Assembly (NCBI RefSeq): GCF_009914755.1
Contig: NC_060930.1
Length of the DNA stretch: 64,000 bases
Source: the human T2T-CHM13v2.0 reference genome, Homo sapiens
Direction: 5' to 3' (one strand)
Position 1 is the stretch's first letter, and each line of letters starts with the position of its first letter. Shown piece by piece: positions 13,588 to 29,051 of this stretch. The translations under genes were made by a program, and so were the position numbers. The notes beneath the pieces were generated by a model. It was given only the letters and a program-made list of their open reading frames with translations. It ran no database searches and was not told the origin of the DNA.

Positions 13588-14979
13588 TGAGCTCCCTAAC
13601 TTTTCTACTTAAAGTATTTTTCTGCCAGTGCTTAAAAACTCATGTAAAGTTATTTGTAAGAATTAAGTTATGATAAATTTTCTTCACACTCTTTCATTTT
13701 ACGCCAATATTGTACTTAGGTTGTATTGTGCTTTTTGCTTTCTATCACAGTTTAGTAGACTTAAATAAAATGATATCTATCTACCTGTCTACATGCATAC
13801 AAATATACATATTTGTATCACATAATTGGAAGAGCTTGGAAGGAAAAGATTTTTATTCTGAAGGCTGCGTGTGGCTAATATTTTGTGAAGTAGACTGGAT
13901 TTTATACTGTGAGACTATTACTTATATCATGTAGTTAATTGTTGTTTGCTTGTAAAGAAGCTATGAGCACAATATGATGGAAATCTTTTGTCGTTAAATC
14001 AACAGAAATGGACTTAAAGAAGGCAACTGCCTGAGACCCCATTTCAATGAAGGAAGAAAAGAAGGAAGTCATGTTTTGATAAAGCTATCAGAATTTAAAT
14101 ATATGTACTAGGATTCCATATCTGTTTTGGTTTAAAGAAAGAATTTTTAGTTGGATAAATCTGACAAGATTTGAAGATAAAAACAAAACAAAAATCTGGA
14201 TCTCGTCTTTCTCTTATAAAGTGCGGTTTCTTCACATCACTCAGGAATGTTTATTCCAACTTAAGGCAGAACAGAAAATTGATTAATGCTGACTGCTTTC
14301 CTATGACTCTGTACTGTATTTACCTGAAATATAAACCACAATTTCAATAAATGGGTTTGTCTGATAATAGCAAAAAATTGAATCTCTCTGAAAATTCTGA
14401 ATAAAATGTATGTAGTTTGGTTACATCTCTTTCTTACAGGAAAATGTACATAGGTAATATCATATTTTCTAAAAACGAATTAAAAAGAAATGACCAAGAG
14501 CTTATTAAATAAAGAGTGAAATTAGATAGGCTTTAAACCCCCAAAACAATATTCTCCTATGACTTAACTTCAATTAATATTAATTTAGAAAACCTTTTTC
14601 TTTCCCCCATAGGTAGCTTTTAATCAATTTTTCCCCTGATTCAAAACTACTGGATACTTAGGGCAGATGCAATTCTATAACCTTCTTCTTCCTCTACTAC
14701 CCTGTAGAACAGATGATACAAATCTTTTCCCTGTGTTCAGATGGAACGTTTTATAACCACGTCGTGAACTGGCAGCTTGAATTTTGCACACTGCTACTTG
14801 CCATACTCTCTTGCAGCCCATGTTGTAGATAAAGCGTCCTTGTATTGAGGTTATTTTGGAACTGAAACTCCTCTGGATTTGTTCTGGTGCATTTTTGCCT
14901 CGTGCTTCTAAAGTTTTCGTTTAAAAGCTATGGGTTTTTTTTTTTTATGATTTAAAGCCAAAAAATATATGCTTGTGCT

Positions 14980-15095
14980 TAATGAGTAGTTCTATTTTTA
15001 ATTTTCTGAAGAACCTCCATACTATTTTCCATAATGGCTATAGTAATTTACATTTCTACCAACACTGTGTGAAATCCATCTTTCTGCATCCTCTC
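14980..15095 (-). mobile_element. L1 ORF2-end fragment
   Basis: gaagaacctccatactattttccataatggct...aatttacatttctaccaacactgtg. Confidence 0.7.
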
Positions 15096-15811
15096 ATTTC
15101 CAAGAGTGTTAAGAAATGCAGTGGAACAACTGTATAAACCAGAAGAATCAAGATATGCATATTAAACACAAACTGTATTGATTTTCCATGAGAAGTCTGC
15201 TCTGTCAATAGTCCTCTAAATTATGGTGTCTGTATGGTTGTAGATTCAGAGCATGAGTGATGATGGTCTGATGGTAGGGAGGCCATATTTACAGCCAGAA
15301 GAGTATTTACCCCAGACAGATGAACTTTCTGTTTTTGTGATCTAAACAATAACAAGCAACAAATTTAACTTTTAGTAATCGTTTTCACTGATGTGCACAT
15401 CACTGAATTAAATTCTATTCCAAGGGAAAAAGACGTGGTATAATGATACTGAAGTCAATAGTTCTTGACAATCTGAATCTTATTTTGAAACCTTGTTAAA
15501 AGTCAGTTATGAGACAAGTTGTAGATTTTTATTGGTTCTTTGCAATTAGATAGAGATTGATATGAGATGCTACTTGTTCTGGCTGACAGTTGATAACAAA
15601 CACATGTCCTGTGAATATGTTTGAGAAAAACGACTTGTTATGAGGTTCGTTGAATGGTAGTAAAACCGAGCGTAATTTACCAGCGGTATTATTCACTCTA
15701 AATTTCTCAGTTACCCCATCTCTATTCCCTTCTTTATTTTCTGTCAATTTTTCTCTATCTCTGCCTCTCTCCGATGTCTCTCAAGTAAATTGCTTTTCCT
15801 TTTCTTTCTAT

Positions 15812-15960
15812 TTCATTTAACAAATACATTTAACAAATAGTTCTTAAATGTGTGGTGTGTGCCAGACACTGAGTATATGCTGGGTATGGAGAAATGACTG
15901 AAATAGTCTCCATTCTAAAGAAACTGTCAGTAGTTAGGGAGCATTATATGTAAAAACTGG
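15812..15960 (-). mobile_element. L2 3' end
   Basis: cattta(a)caaata...gtgccagacactg...ctggg pattern. Confidence 0.55.
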
Positions 15961-16779
15961 TGGTTTATTCTGCTTCTGGACAACATGGTGAGCTATGACA
16001 GGGTCCTACATTGCTCTGTAGAACCGGTCACTGGACAGTAAGAAAGGTTGATGAATTTGGAGACAAGTCACACATTGCAAAATTCTGGTGAGCATTATTC
16101 ACATTTTATTCTTAATAAATGACACCTCACTGAAATACACAATGCAATGTGAATTTTGCTCCCTGGAGTGTGTAAAGTAACAGAGAAACTCTACTCAACC
16201 ATAAATAAAAAACTGAAAAATCTTGGAGAGACCAAAGGTGTTTGTATCTTGATGGAACCAGGGTAGTTGGAGGTAGGGAAGTTTTCAAATTAGGGAAGGC
16301 CAGGAGCCTCAAATAAAATGCAAGATGAGTTGGCCTTTCTTTTCGTGCCCCTTTTCTTTCCCTAAGCTCTCAATTCCATGGGCAGGAATATAAAAACATC
16401 CACTCTGAGGTAAGAAAGGGGAGAACTGTAGTCTAGTTGTGGCGGAGGTCCTCTATCGGTGAGCAGGCACAGCCTGAGGAGTTCCTCAACATTCTTGCAT
16501 CTCAACCCTTTTTCCCCACTGCATGAGCTAATAAGAACAGAAAGTAAGGGGCCAGGATGAAAGCAATGATAGAGTGAGAGTTACTGCAAGTTCCCTGGCA
16601 GTGAGACAAGGCTGGAAGGGCTATGAGTCTATGATACAAAGCGATAATTATCTCTCTTCACCAAGAGGCGCACAAGTTGCAGCCCAGGTTTTTGTCACTC
16701 TTCTGAATAACAAAGATCAGTCAAAGCAATTGATAGATCAAATAAAATTCGAGTTCCTAGTTACTGAGAAGCTTAAACA

Positions 16780-17450
16780 CAATGCAATAAAAATCACTAT
16801 GGAAAAAAGTGTTACCTTAAAAGCAAAACAAATGCAATAGAAATAATAAAAAAATTAAACTTGGAATTATAAATACATTCAACAGATAAAAGAAGATTAA
16901 AACATGAAGTAAAACATTTTCAAGAAAATATGCAGACATTTTGGGAAATGTCTGAAATGAATAAATTTTTAAAAACAATGAATGGGTTGAATGACAAAAT
17001 ATATACAGTAAAAAAATAAATAAATAAATACTGAGCTGGAGATTGAATAGCAGAACTTTCCCAGAAGGAATAGGAAAGGATTAATTGAGGATGACAGGGG
17101 AGAAAGGCAGGAGAAAAATAAATGAGTAAAAAGGGTGTATATTGGCAGAATTTTGAGCATCTGGATGACGAAGTCACCAGAGTATTTTTGGATGAGGAAG
17201 TATATCCTAAACAAGACTCCAAAAAGTACAAACAACAAGGAGAAAAGCTGAAGGGTGTGATTTTATCACAATCGAAGATTTATCTTCTAGGAGAGATATT
17301 AAAGATAAAACTAAAAGTGGGAGAAACTATTTGCAGTGGCTAAAACACAGAAGAAATTTTAACCTGTATGTACAAAGAGACAAATGCACTGCTGCTGGAG
17401 ATGTAAATTGGAGCAGATATTCTGGAGAAGAATTAGGAAACACTATAGAA
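16780..17450 (+). mobile_element. very old L1/HAL1-like fragments
   Basis: A-rich ORF1-like sequence plus a short ORF2-end piece near 17390-17450. Confidence 0.35.
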
Positions 17451-17529
17451 AACAGATAATCACCAGATGTTCTTCTTGGTGGTGACTTGAGTAAGGGGGA
17501 GGATAATTTTTGTAGTCTTTCCTCTGGAT

Positions 17530-18230
<701 letters not shown>

Positions 18231-18239
18231 TAGTGCCTG

Positions 18240-21200
18240 TAAGTTCCTTGTCTTGTTTCTAATCTTGAAGTAAAAGCGTTCAACTTTACAACCTTGAACA
18301 TGACATTAGCTAAGGGTTTATCGTATGTGGCCTTTATTGGGTTGAAGTACATTTCCTCTATACCTAATCTGTTCAGAGTTTTCATCAAGAAAGGGTATTG
18401 AATTATGTCAAATGCTTTTTCTACATCTGTTAAGATGATCATGAGATTTTTATCCTTCATTTTGTTAATGTAGTGTATCACATTTATTGATTTGCATATG
18501 TTAAACAATTCTTGCATTGTAGGGGTAAATCCCATTTGATCATGGTGAATTTTTCTTTTAATATGTTTTTGAATTCAGTTATATAATATTTTGTTGGCAG
18601 ATTTTTGCATCTATATTTAGCAAGGATATTGGCCTATATATTTCTTTTCTTGTAGTGTCCTTATCTGGCTCTTATCAGGGTAATGCTAACTTCATAAAAT
18701 AAGTTTGGAGTTATTAGCTCTACTTTGATTTTTTTTGAAAGAGTTTGAGAAGAATTGACATTAGTTCTTCTTTAAATGTTTGGTATAATACAATAGTAAA
18801 GCTAATCAGTTCTGGACTCTAAAGGAGACTTGTTATTACACATTCAATCTTCTTGCTCATTGTAGGTCTATTAAGATTTTAAATTTCTTTGTGATTCAGT
18901 GTTGGTAGGTTTTATTAGTTGAGAAATTTATCCATTTCTTCTAGATTATCTGATTTGTTGACATATACTTTTTTTTACAATAGTTTCTTATAATGATTTG
19001 TATTTTGGTTGTATCGATTGCAATGTCTCCTCTTTCATTTATCATCTCATTTATTTGAGTAGTCTCTCTTTTTTCCTAGTCTAGCTAAGGGCTTGCCAAT
19101 TTTATCTTTTCAAAAAAACCCAACTCTTAGTTAAATTATTTCTCTAGTCTCATTTCATTTATTTCTGCTATAATCTTTGTTATTTCCTTCCTTCTGCTAA
19201 ATTTGAGGTTACTTTGTTCTTCTTTTTCTAGTTTTTTGAGGTATAACTTTAGAGTATTTGTGATTTTTTTTTCATTGATCACTGTAGATTTCCCTCTTAG
19301 AACTACTTTTTGCTGCATTCTATGTTTTGGCATGTTATGTTGCTATTTTAGTTTGTCTCAAGGTATTTTTTTAATTTGTTATTTGATTTCTTCTGTGACC
19401 TATTGGTTTTTAGGCGCATGTTGTTTAATTTCCACATATTTGTGTATTTTTCAAGATTTCTCATCATTGATTCCTCATTTCATGCTATTGTTATCCAAGT
19501 AAATATTTCATAGGATTTCAGTCTCCTCAAATTTATTAAGAATTGTTTTGTGGCCTAACATATAATCTATCTGGAGAATGTTCTATGTGCACTTAAGAAG
19601 AATATATATTCTGCTGCTATCAGATAGAATGCTATGTACATGCATATTAGGTCCATTTGGTCTACACTGTAATTGAAGTACAATATTTCTTTATTGATTT
19701 TCCTTCTATGTATTGAAAGTAGGGTACTGAGGTGCCCCATTATTATAATATTGCAGTCCATCTGTCCTTTTAGATTATTAAATCATTGCTTTATATATTT
19801 AGATGTTCCAATGTTAGGTGCATATGTATTTACAATTATGTTGTCCTCTTGGAAAATTAACTCCTTTAGCACTATTTAATGACTTTCTTTGTCTCTTTTT
19901 ATAGTTTCTGACTTAAAGTCTATTTTGTGTGATATAATTATAGCCACCTCTGCTCCCCTTTGGTTTCTTTTTGCATGGAATATCTTTTCCCATTCTTTTT
20001 ATTCCATTCCTTTCAATCTATGTGTGTCCTTACTAGTAATGAGTCTCCTACAAGCAGCATATGGTTGGATCTGGTATTTTTTGAAATCCAATCTGCCACT
20101 CTATCTTTTATAGGAGAATTTAATCCATTTACACTCAAGGCAATTACTGATAGGTAAGAATCTGCTATTGCCATTTCATAATTGGCTTTCTGATTGTTTT
20201 GTAGGTCTTTTGTTTCTTTCTGTCTTGCTATTGCCCTTTGTGGTTTAATGGTTTTCTATGGTTGTATACTTTGAATTCTTTCTTCTTATATTCTGTGCAA
20301 CTACAATAGATTTTTGCTTTGTGGTTACCATAATGCTTACATAAAATATCTTATCCTTATAACAGGCTACTTTAAATTGATAACAACTTGCTTTTAATAG
20401 TATTCAAAAACTATACTTTCACTCTTCCCCATCTTTTATGATTTTGATGTTATAATTTATATTTGTTTTTATACTTTTTGTCCCTTAATAATTTATTATA
20501 GCTACAGTTATTCTTAATAGATTTGTCTTTTAACCCCACTAGTAGGGATAACATTGTTTTACATGCCACCCTTACAGTATTAGAATTAGTATGACTACAT
20601 ATGATTTATGTCATCAAGTTTTTTACTTCCTTATTTTGTACTATTAATTAATAGTCATTCATTTCAGTTTAAAGAATTCCCTTTGACAGTTTCTATAAAA
20701 CAGGTCTGGTGGTGATGGGCTCCCTTAGCTTTTGTTTATCATAAAAAGTTTTTACTTCTCCCTCATTTTTGAAGGATATATTTGTGGATAAAGTGTGCTT
20801 GGTTGGCAGGTTTTTTATTTATTTTTGTTTGTTTGTTTGTTTCTTCATTTTTTTCTACCAGCACCTTAAATATACCATCCTTCTCTCTACTGGTCTGTAG
20901 GGTTTCTCCTAAGAAATCTGCTGAATACTGTATTAGAGCTGTCTTCAATGTGATGTGTTTCTTATCTTTTGCTTTTCAGTATTTTTATTTCTTTGATTTG
21001 TTGTAATTTGATTATGAAATGTCTTGGTAAAGTCCTCCTTGGGTTGAGTTTGATTGTGACCTCTGAGCTTCCTGTAGTAATATCTCCCCAGAATTTTGAA
21101 ATTTTCAGTCATTATTTTCTTAAAATATGCTCTCTAGTCTTTTTACCTGTTTTCTCCATGAGGACCTCTTATTATGCGAAGGTTAGTTCACTTGATGGCG

Positions 21201-22920
21201 TCCCATAATTCCTGTAGGCCTTCTTCATTCTTTTTTATTATGTATTTTTTTCTTTTTGTTCCTCTAATTAGATAATTTGAAATATTCTGCTTTAGACCTC
21301 ACTGATTCTTTTGCTTAAGTCGGCTGTTAAAGCCTTCTAGTGAATTTTTTTAGTTCAGTTATTATATTTTAATCTCCATGACTTGTATTTGCTTTTTATT
21401 ACTTCTATTTCTTTTTCAAATTTCTCATTTTTGTTCTAAGTTGTTTTCCAAATTTTATTGAATTTTGTATTTGTATTTTCTCATACTTTCTTAAATTTCT
21501 TTAAGAGGATTATTCTAAATTACATGTCATTTTATAGATCTTCATTTTTTTCTGGGTCCGTTACTGGAGATTTATTATTTCCTTTCGGTATTATTATGTT
21601 TCCCTGAGTTTTCATAATCCTTGTGTCCTTGAATTTATGCCTGTACATTTGATAAATGTCTGTCTTCTCTGGCCTTTGCAGATGTTCTTTGGTGGTGATA
21701 GGCCTTTACTATTTAGTTTAGCCTGGGATTTTGTATGGGTTGACTAGTAGCAACATGAAAAAGCAGACTTTGGTGTCAGATTTTCTAGTTGGGCTGGATC
21801 ATTTCTGTGATCTGAGGTTAAATGGTATTGCTGGTTGTGCTCCATGGTCCATTAAAACCACTAACTGAACTTTGTTGTCAGGTGGGAATGCTGGCTGGTC
21901 TCTAATCATCTCTGTTTGAGCAGGGTTGCAGGCTGTCTTCCTTGAATGGGTGGTATTGTTATTTAGAATCTGTACTTGGGCATTTCTATGTGATGGGTTC
22001 TGAGGCTGGATGAGGTCTCTAGGTTGCTGCTTGGCCACACAACATGAGCAGGGCCAGAGGCTATGCTCCACAGATACGTGTAGACTTGGGCTTGCCTCCT
22101 GGCCTAGGGTATACCTATGCAGAGCACTAAGATTTGGTAAAGCCACCACACTGTGGTTGGCATTGAGTGGGGCCAGATGCTCCCTCTGTGGGTAATTACT
22201 GACCTGCAATTGCCTCCATGCTTTGAATACTTAATGGAAACATTTGAACTTAGTTGGAGCACCCTCTTGAGTTGAGTGGGTTCAGATGTTCCCTTTATGG
22301 GTAATTGCTTACCTATAGCTACCTCTTGCTCTAGGGAAGACCTAATGAGAGTATCCAGGCTCTGTGGGAAAATTGGTTAGGCGTTTAATTCTAAAAGACC
22401 CCTGAACCATGTTTCCTTCAGCGCAATGCTATTGGCTGGTTATTTGGGGTGGCATTGCTGTTGGCTGGAATGTAGAAAAACCACCAAGAACTGTGCATTG
22501 GTCACTGTGAGCCCCACTTTCATTTTTTTTTCTAACTGACCCCAGGGAGTCTAGCCCTGCTAGTATTTCTAATGCTTCTTTTGGAATGAGACAGGAGTTA
22601 GCCTCACGTGAACAGTTCTAGAACAGTGGGGGAGCAGAATGTCTGCCTCCAACTCACTTTTCCCATTGTAGAAACCGAGAGTCCAGAGGAATTATCTGGT
22701 GCTGTGCCAGCTTGGAGGAGGGGTAGCACAGTCAAAGAGAGCTATTCATTTTATCATTCAATAGCAGCTTTCTTGGTTCTATAGTCTAAGAGAGTGTATC
22801 AGTCTGATTTCTAAGATCTGGGGTATTTACAATGATAGCCTTGACTGTGGATAGTTGCTAGTTGGATTTCTGAGGTTGCAGGGTGAAGCCAAAGAACTCC
22901 TATTCCACCATCTTCTTGAC
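18240..22920 (-). mobile_element. old LINE-1 (L1M-type): 5'UTR, ORF1 and ORF2 N-half; 3' end missing
   Basis: Minus-strand ORF remnants: RT region 18218-18535, EN/linker 19136-19761, ORF1 20763-20948. L1 5'-end motif (rc aagatggtggaatagg) near 22900-22915. Confidence 0.88.
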
Positions 22921-23092
22921 ACCACTACTAGATGAGATTTCTTTAGAATGGGTTTTGGAGTATGCTACAAAGGTGGCAGAGGATAAAATCTAAGGGAACA
23001 TTTAAGAGTTAGGTAGAAGAATAGGAAGCCATAAAATCACTATGCTTCAGTAGGTCTCCTTTATTAAGTTAAGAAGGTTTTTATTTGGGAAG

Positions 23093-23098
23093 TCTTTT

Positions 23099-23134
<36 letters not shown>

Positions 23135-23171
23135 CTTTCTTTCTTTCTTTTTCTTTTCTTTTCTTTCTTTC

Positions 23172-23238
<67 letters not shown>

Positions 23239-23297
23239 CTCTCTCTCTCTTCTTTCCCTTTCCCTCCCTCCCTCCCTTTCTTTCTTTCTTTCCTTCT

Positions 23298-23352
<55 letters not shown>

Positions 23353-23367
23353 CTTCCTTCTTTTTTT
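23093..23367 (+). repeat. (TTTC)n/(TC)n complex polypyrimidine repeat
   Basis: About 275 bp of essentially pure C/T. Confidence 0.95.
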
Positions 23368-24074
23368 AATATCAGTAGCTATTGATACATAAATTAAAAA
23401 GTATTCCATCAAGTCATTTAGGGAAAATATTACATCTTGTCTTCATAGATGTTATTTTACGTGTTTCTCCATAGTGACTCAATTTGGGCCTCTATTTGGG
23501 CCTCTAGTCCAGCTAGTTGTGGAAAGTCTGATATTGACAATTCATAAGCCTAGTGACTTCCAGGTTAAAAATGAAGACTCAAATTAAATTAATCTGTACT
23601 TCTTCTCTTCCTTTATTTTCTCCCCCTCTCCCTGGAGGTGATGTAAATTATGATGGGGGAGGTACTTAACATATTATTCTGTTTCCCGGGGAGGGTCTTC
23701 AGTGAGTGCCATCATCCATTTTTAGCAGCTTCCACCAAGGTGTCATTGATCTTGCCTGGTCTTCAGCATTGGCTTGTGTTTTCACTTTCCCAGCCCTACC
23801 CTCTACTGGTCAAATTCCAATGTGCTATGGGTCCCTGTCCTCACTCTCAGTTCCTACAAATTTGTCAGCCAGCTGATTATTTTAGAGAATGCTTTAGAAC
23901 TGTCAGGTGCTTTTCCACCACTGATTCTGGTGCATGCACCTAAGCACCTCCATCAGCTGTAGTTCTTGACAATTTCAACCTCCTGTGGCACAAGGGGGTT
24001 CTCTATGAGGATTTCATTTTCTCCAGGGATGTGGTCTCTCTACTTCCCAGAAACCTAGACAGTATCACACTACA

Positions 24075-24132
24075 TTCCCCTCTATCTTCCTCCTTCCCTC
24101 TGCAATCATACTTTTTCTCCTTTTAGGTGAGT
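24075..24132 (+). promoter_or_regulatory. juxtaposed 3'/5' splice-site motif (recursive splice site-like)
   Basis: ctttttctccttttAG|GTGAGT, with AG at 24125-24126. Confidence 0.35.
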
Positions 24133-24505
24133 AAAACTAATGTATTTCACTAATCTCTGATGCATGATTCATAGCCTGTATCTTGAACCTCACAACTTTG
24201 CTCTTGATATGCAGAGGCCAGTTATCTGTAATTCCAAGAGTAACATTTTTTATTCTATAAAGGCTGCATATTGCACATCAAAAGCACATTAATCTTAAAA
24301 CTACTGTCCGCATTTAATTTAAAAAATCTATTTAGCTTGGCTCAAAATCAAGCTTTGTGCTCGAGGCCACCACATATAGAAAGTGAGAGATGCTACCTTA
24401 ATTATGAGGGAAAGGAAGGACTACATAAAAAGCTGTAAAACAGCAAAACAGCAAGCTCTTAATATATATCACCATATTGTCCCATTATAATTTGATACCT
24501 ATTTA

Positions 24506-24780
24506 TGTATTAGCCAAAATAGGCTTTCTTCTGTAACAAAGACTCCAGAAATTTAATGCAATAAAGGTTTATTTCTTGCTCATTCCCAGAGCAATGCAAG
24601 AAGGTGGGGGATGGGAGAGTAGATGGTAGCGATACTCATTTAGGGACCTATGGTCCTTCCATCTGGTGGGTCCACTATCTTTCAAGGCCTCAGAGGATTC
24701 CACTGGGTTTCTGCATCTGCCAGAAGGCAGGAAAGAGAAAGTGAATGGAATACCCATGAGATATTTTATGGATTAGTTAG
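24506..24780 (-). mobile_element. MaLR LTR (MLT1J/K-like), part 1
   Basis: tgtattagcc...tgtaacaaagactccagaaat...aaggtttatttcttgctca. Confidence 0.6.
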
Positions 24781-24783
24781 TTT

Positions 24784-25604
24784 GTGAGCAAAGGACATGA
24801 ACAGACACTTTTTCAAGAGAAGACATACGTGTGGCCAATAAGCATATTTTATAAAGCTCAGGATCACTGCACATTAGAGAAATGCAAATTGAAACCGCAG
24901 TGAGATATCATCTCACACTAGTCGGAATGGCTACTATTAAAAAGTCAAAAAGTAACAGATGCTGGCAAGGTTGCAGAGAAAAGGGAGCACTTATACACTG
25001 TTCGTGTGAGTATAAATTAGTTTAACCATTGTGGAAAGCAGTATGGTGAGTCCTCAAAGAGCTAAAAACACAACTACCATTTGACCCAGTAATCTCATTA
25101 CTGAGTATATACCCAAAGGATTATAAATCACTCTCCTATAAAGACACATGCACACATATGTTTACTGCAGCACTATTCACAATAGCAAAGACATGGAATC
25201 AACCTAAATGCCCATCAATGATAGACTGGATAAAGAAAATGTGGTACATATATACCATGGAATACTATGCAGCCACAAAAAAGAACATGGATCAAGCTGG
25301 AGGCGATTATCCTTAGCAAACTTACACAAGAACAGAAAATAAAATACAATTTGTTCTCAATTATAAGTCGGAGCTAAGTGATGGGAACTCATTAAAACAG
25401 AGAAGGGAACAACAGACACTAGGGCCTAATTGAGGACGGAGGAGGGAAAGGGGCAGCAAAAATAACTATTGAGTGTTAGGCTTCATAACTGGTTGATGAA
25501 ATAATCTGTGTAACAAACTCTCATGACAAGAGTTTACCTATATAAGAAACCTTCACATGTACTCTGAACCTAAAATTAAAGTTTAAAAAAGTAAAAAAAA
25601 AAAA
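24784..25604 (+). mobile_element. 5'-truncated L1 (L1PA13-16-like)
   Basis: ORF2 end, 3'UTR (gaaataatctgtg..aaacc..cacatgtac..ctaaaattaaagtt) and poly(A). Confidence 0.9.
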
Positions 25605-25895
25605 GAATTAAGATAGAAGAATGAAAATTAAGAATTGAAGCTAGAGGGGCTACATGACAAAGACCTGAGAGCAATCTGAAGCAGACAGACAGCTTGTAGG
25701 GAAATTAGGATCTCAACCTCCAGCTTCAGGAAATGAATTTTGCCAACAACCAAAGAACGTGAAACATCCTGGAGCCCCATATAAGAACAACAGGCACCAC
25801 CTCCCTAACCTGTCAATATCCTGGGAAATAATGAGCAGAGTATCCAGTCATGCCACACCCCAAAATCTGACCTAAAGAAACTGTGAGATAACTAA

Positions 25896-26471
<576 letters not shown>

Positions 26472-26539
26472 ACTAATTTGTATTTTTTAATGTTGCTAAG
26501 CTTGTGGCAATTTCTTATGCAGCAACAGGAAACTAATGC

Positions 26540-26697
26540 TGCTTGGAAGTGACTTACTTCACTTTTGCCTACACTGCATTAAACAAAGTTTAATCATTCA
26601 AGCCCATCTAACTGCAAGACATTGGAAAATGTAGATTAATTTGTTCCTAGGAACAAAAGGAAATGAACTGTTGAGCACATAGGAGTGACTTTGCTAT
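26540..26697 (-). mobile_element. MaLR LTR (MLT1J/K-like), part 2
   Basis: ggaagtgacttacttcactt...ccatctaactgcaag...ggaaaatgtag continues part 1. Confidence 0.55.
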
Positions 26698-27269
26698 TGT
26701 TATTTATTTTAGCCAAAGATAACCAAGTCATATTCTCTGGGGCCTTTAAAATATACATGCTGATACATTGCAGTATTTAATATGATTCACTCATTTTGTT
26801 TTCTCACAATAATGATAAATGTAATGTCAACCTTATTTAATGTTTAGGCCTGATTTTCATCTGAATATATCAGATGAACTTCAACAAATTATTTTGCCAC
26901 TCCATTTCATTTCTGCTTCTATATAAAATAGCAGATGGGTAATCCAAATCACACATAAAAGGACAGACACTGAACCTTTAATAGAACATCTGAGAAGGAG
27001 AGCTTAGGTACTGGCTTAACAGACATGGAAATTAAAACTATTCCTTCTTGGGTCATGTCAATGACCATATCAATACACTCTGATATTCTCAATGGGAAAA
27101 TCAATATAACAAATGCTTGGGTTCATTATTCTCTCTCTGCCTTTCTTTTAAGAAATGTTTCTGACATAAATTTAATGTATAGTTAACACACTGAAATGTA
27201 ATGTGATGGTAGCTTTTTGCTTATTTTGTTCTGAATATTCTACACAGATCTTATCCACAAAAATATTTT

Positions 27270-28285
27270 TTATCAACTACAGATGCTCACCCTCCAACTG
27301 ACGTTTTTGTCTTCAGTTCTAGACCTGTGTTTTCAGTTTCTTAATCAACATTTTTACCTAGTTATATGAAACTGTTTCAGACCTAATAATATTTCAAAAA
27401 TTGTACTCACCATATTTCAACCCAAACTCACTTCCAAACCTTGTATTTCTTATCTTAAAGAATCATATCACATTCATTCAGTTCCAAGTTGGAAATTTGA
27501 GGGTAATCTTAAACTCTTCTTTTTCTCTTATGTCATCCAATCTGTCACCTAGTCCCATCTTCTCTATGTTCCACATAGCATTCAGATCTTTCCTCTGCTC
27601 CCCATTTCAACTAGATTTCATTAGCTCAGACCTGCCTTATTTCTCTAAAATACTAGAACAGCTTTTTAATTAATTTCCCCAACCCCAGTCGGATTATCAG
27701 CCACATAGTTGTGAGAGTGATATTTCTAAAATGCAAGTCTTATTAACACATGCTTAAAATCATTTAGTGGCTCCTTTTTGAAGTTAGGTAAAAGTCCAAA
27801 GTTTTAGATATTTACCAGGGCCCTTATTATCTGTACCCTACTTACATTTCCATCTAATCTTTTGCTACAACCTCAAGAGATCACTCTTAACCAGCTTTAT
27901 AGAAATTCTTGCAGTTTTCTGATGAGGCATACTCTCTGGCACCTTTGAGTCATTTCAGTATCTTTTTGTTAATTTACATTTCAAACTTCTTGAATAATAA
28001 TTGCTATTAAAGACTTTAAATTGTATCTTTTCTTTGAAGACTTTGTTAACTTTCTTGGATAAAGTGAGGTGCTCTTGAGAAATTTTGTAACTATGGGCCT
28101 CTACCATGATCACCTTTCCAATTATGTTCTTATTGCCAGTTTTTAAATGTCTCCTACAGTTGCTAGATGTTTTGGGGGGTGAGGCCTACCACTCATTTAA
28201 TCTCCATGTACTCAGACAATAGCTTAACACATAAAACATGGGAGACACTCAAAATTGTTCTATGAGTGGACAAATAAGTGAACCA
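27270..28285 (+). mobile_element. L2 (degraded)
   Basis: Collinear L2 3' region motifs (gagagtgatatttctaaaatgcaagtct..., tgagtggacaaataagtgaa end). Confidence 0.6.
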
Positions 28286-29051
28286 CAGGGAGGGAGTTAA
28301 TTTGAGAGGAAGTTGTGGGATATAATTCAAAACACATAGTAACTAAATGTTTGAGAAAAAGAATTGTGGTAGTTTATTCTACTTTCTTTTTTTTGGTCTT
28401 GACTTTCAGAATGATGTTTTCTTCTTTATACTTCCCCAGAGACAACACGTAATAGGTAATTCTGTATTGAATAATAACCAGAATGCAAAATTATTATATT
28501 ACTTTTTAAAAAATTGCTGTTCATAACAAAAAGTAACAGACAAAGATTTGAATGAATCTTTTGAAATTTTATGTAATTTCTATTTAGACTAATTTATATA
28601 TAAAGAAGGGAATAAGTAATTTTTTTCCATTCAAAAGAACTAAATATTTCAAGCAAACATTTTAGGATAAATGATCAACATCTAAAATTCCTTAAAAAAG
28701 TGAACTATGCAATGCAGTTCTTCAGGAGGGGCTTTTTTCTTATATTTAATTTCACTCAGGAAGATATGGTAAATTATTGTCAGGTTTAGTTAAATTCTGT
28801 AAAAGGCCTTTTTCAGGAAGACAGGCATTATAGCAAGCTTATATTTCTTCCTTGATTCTGGAAATTGATACACTGAAAGCAGTTCATAACAGTAAAGCTG
28901 TATCTAAGTTTATGTTTTTACCAAACTCAACCCTCTGTAACATAGTCCCCAAAACAAATAATAGGGAAAATAGTTTATAAACAATCATGTTTGCACTGGA
29001 ATCCATGAAAGGTACAGTTTCAATAGTTCTAAGATTCATTATACAGGTTTT

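Noticed and set aside
14741-14832. Acceptor-like site with a short Cys-rich hydrophobic frame; similar case at 56129
   Set aside because: Lone acceptor motifs are common and the peptides are not recognisable.
23047-23412. K/E/R-rich and F/S/L-rich ORFs
   Set aside because: These are translations of the (TTTC)n repeat.
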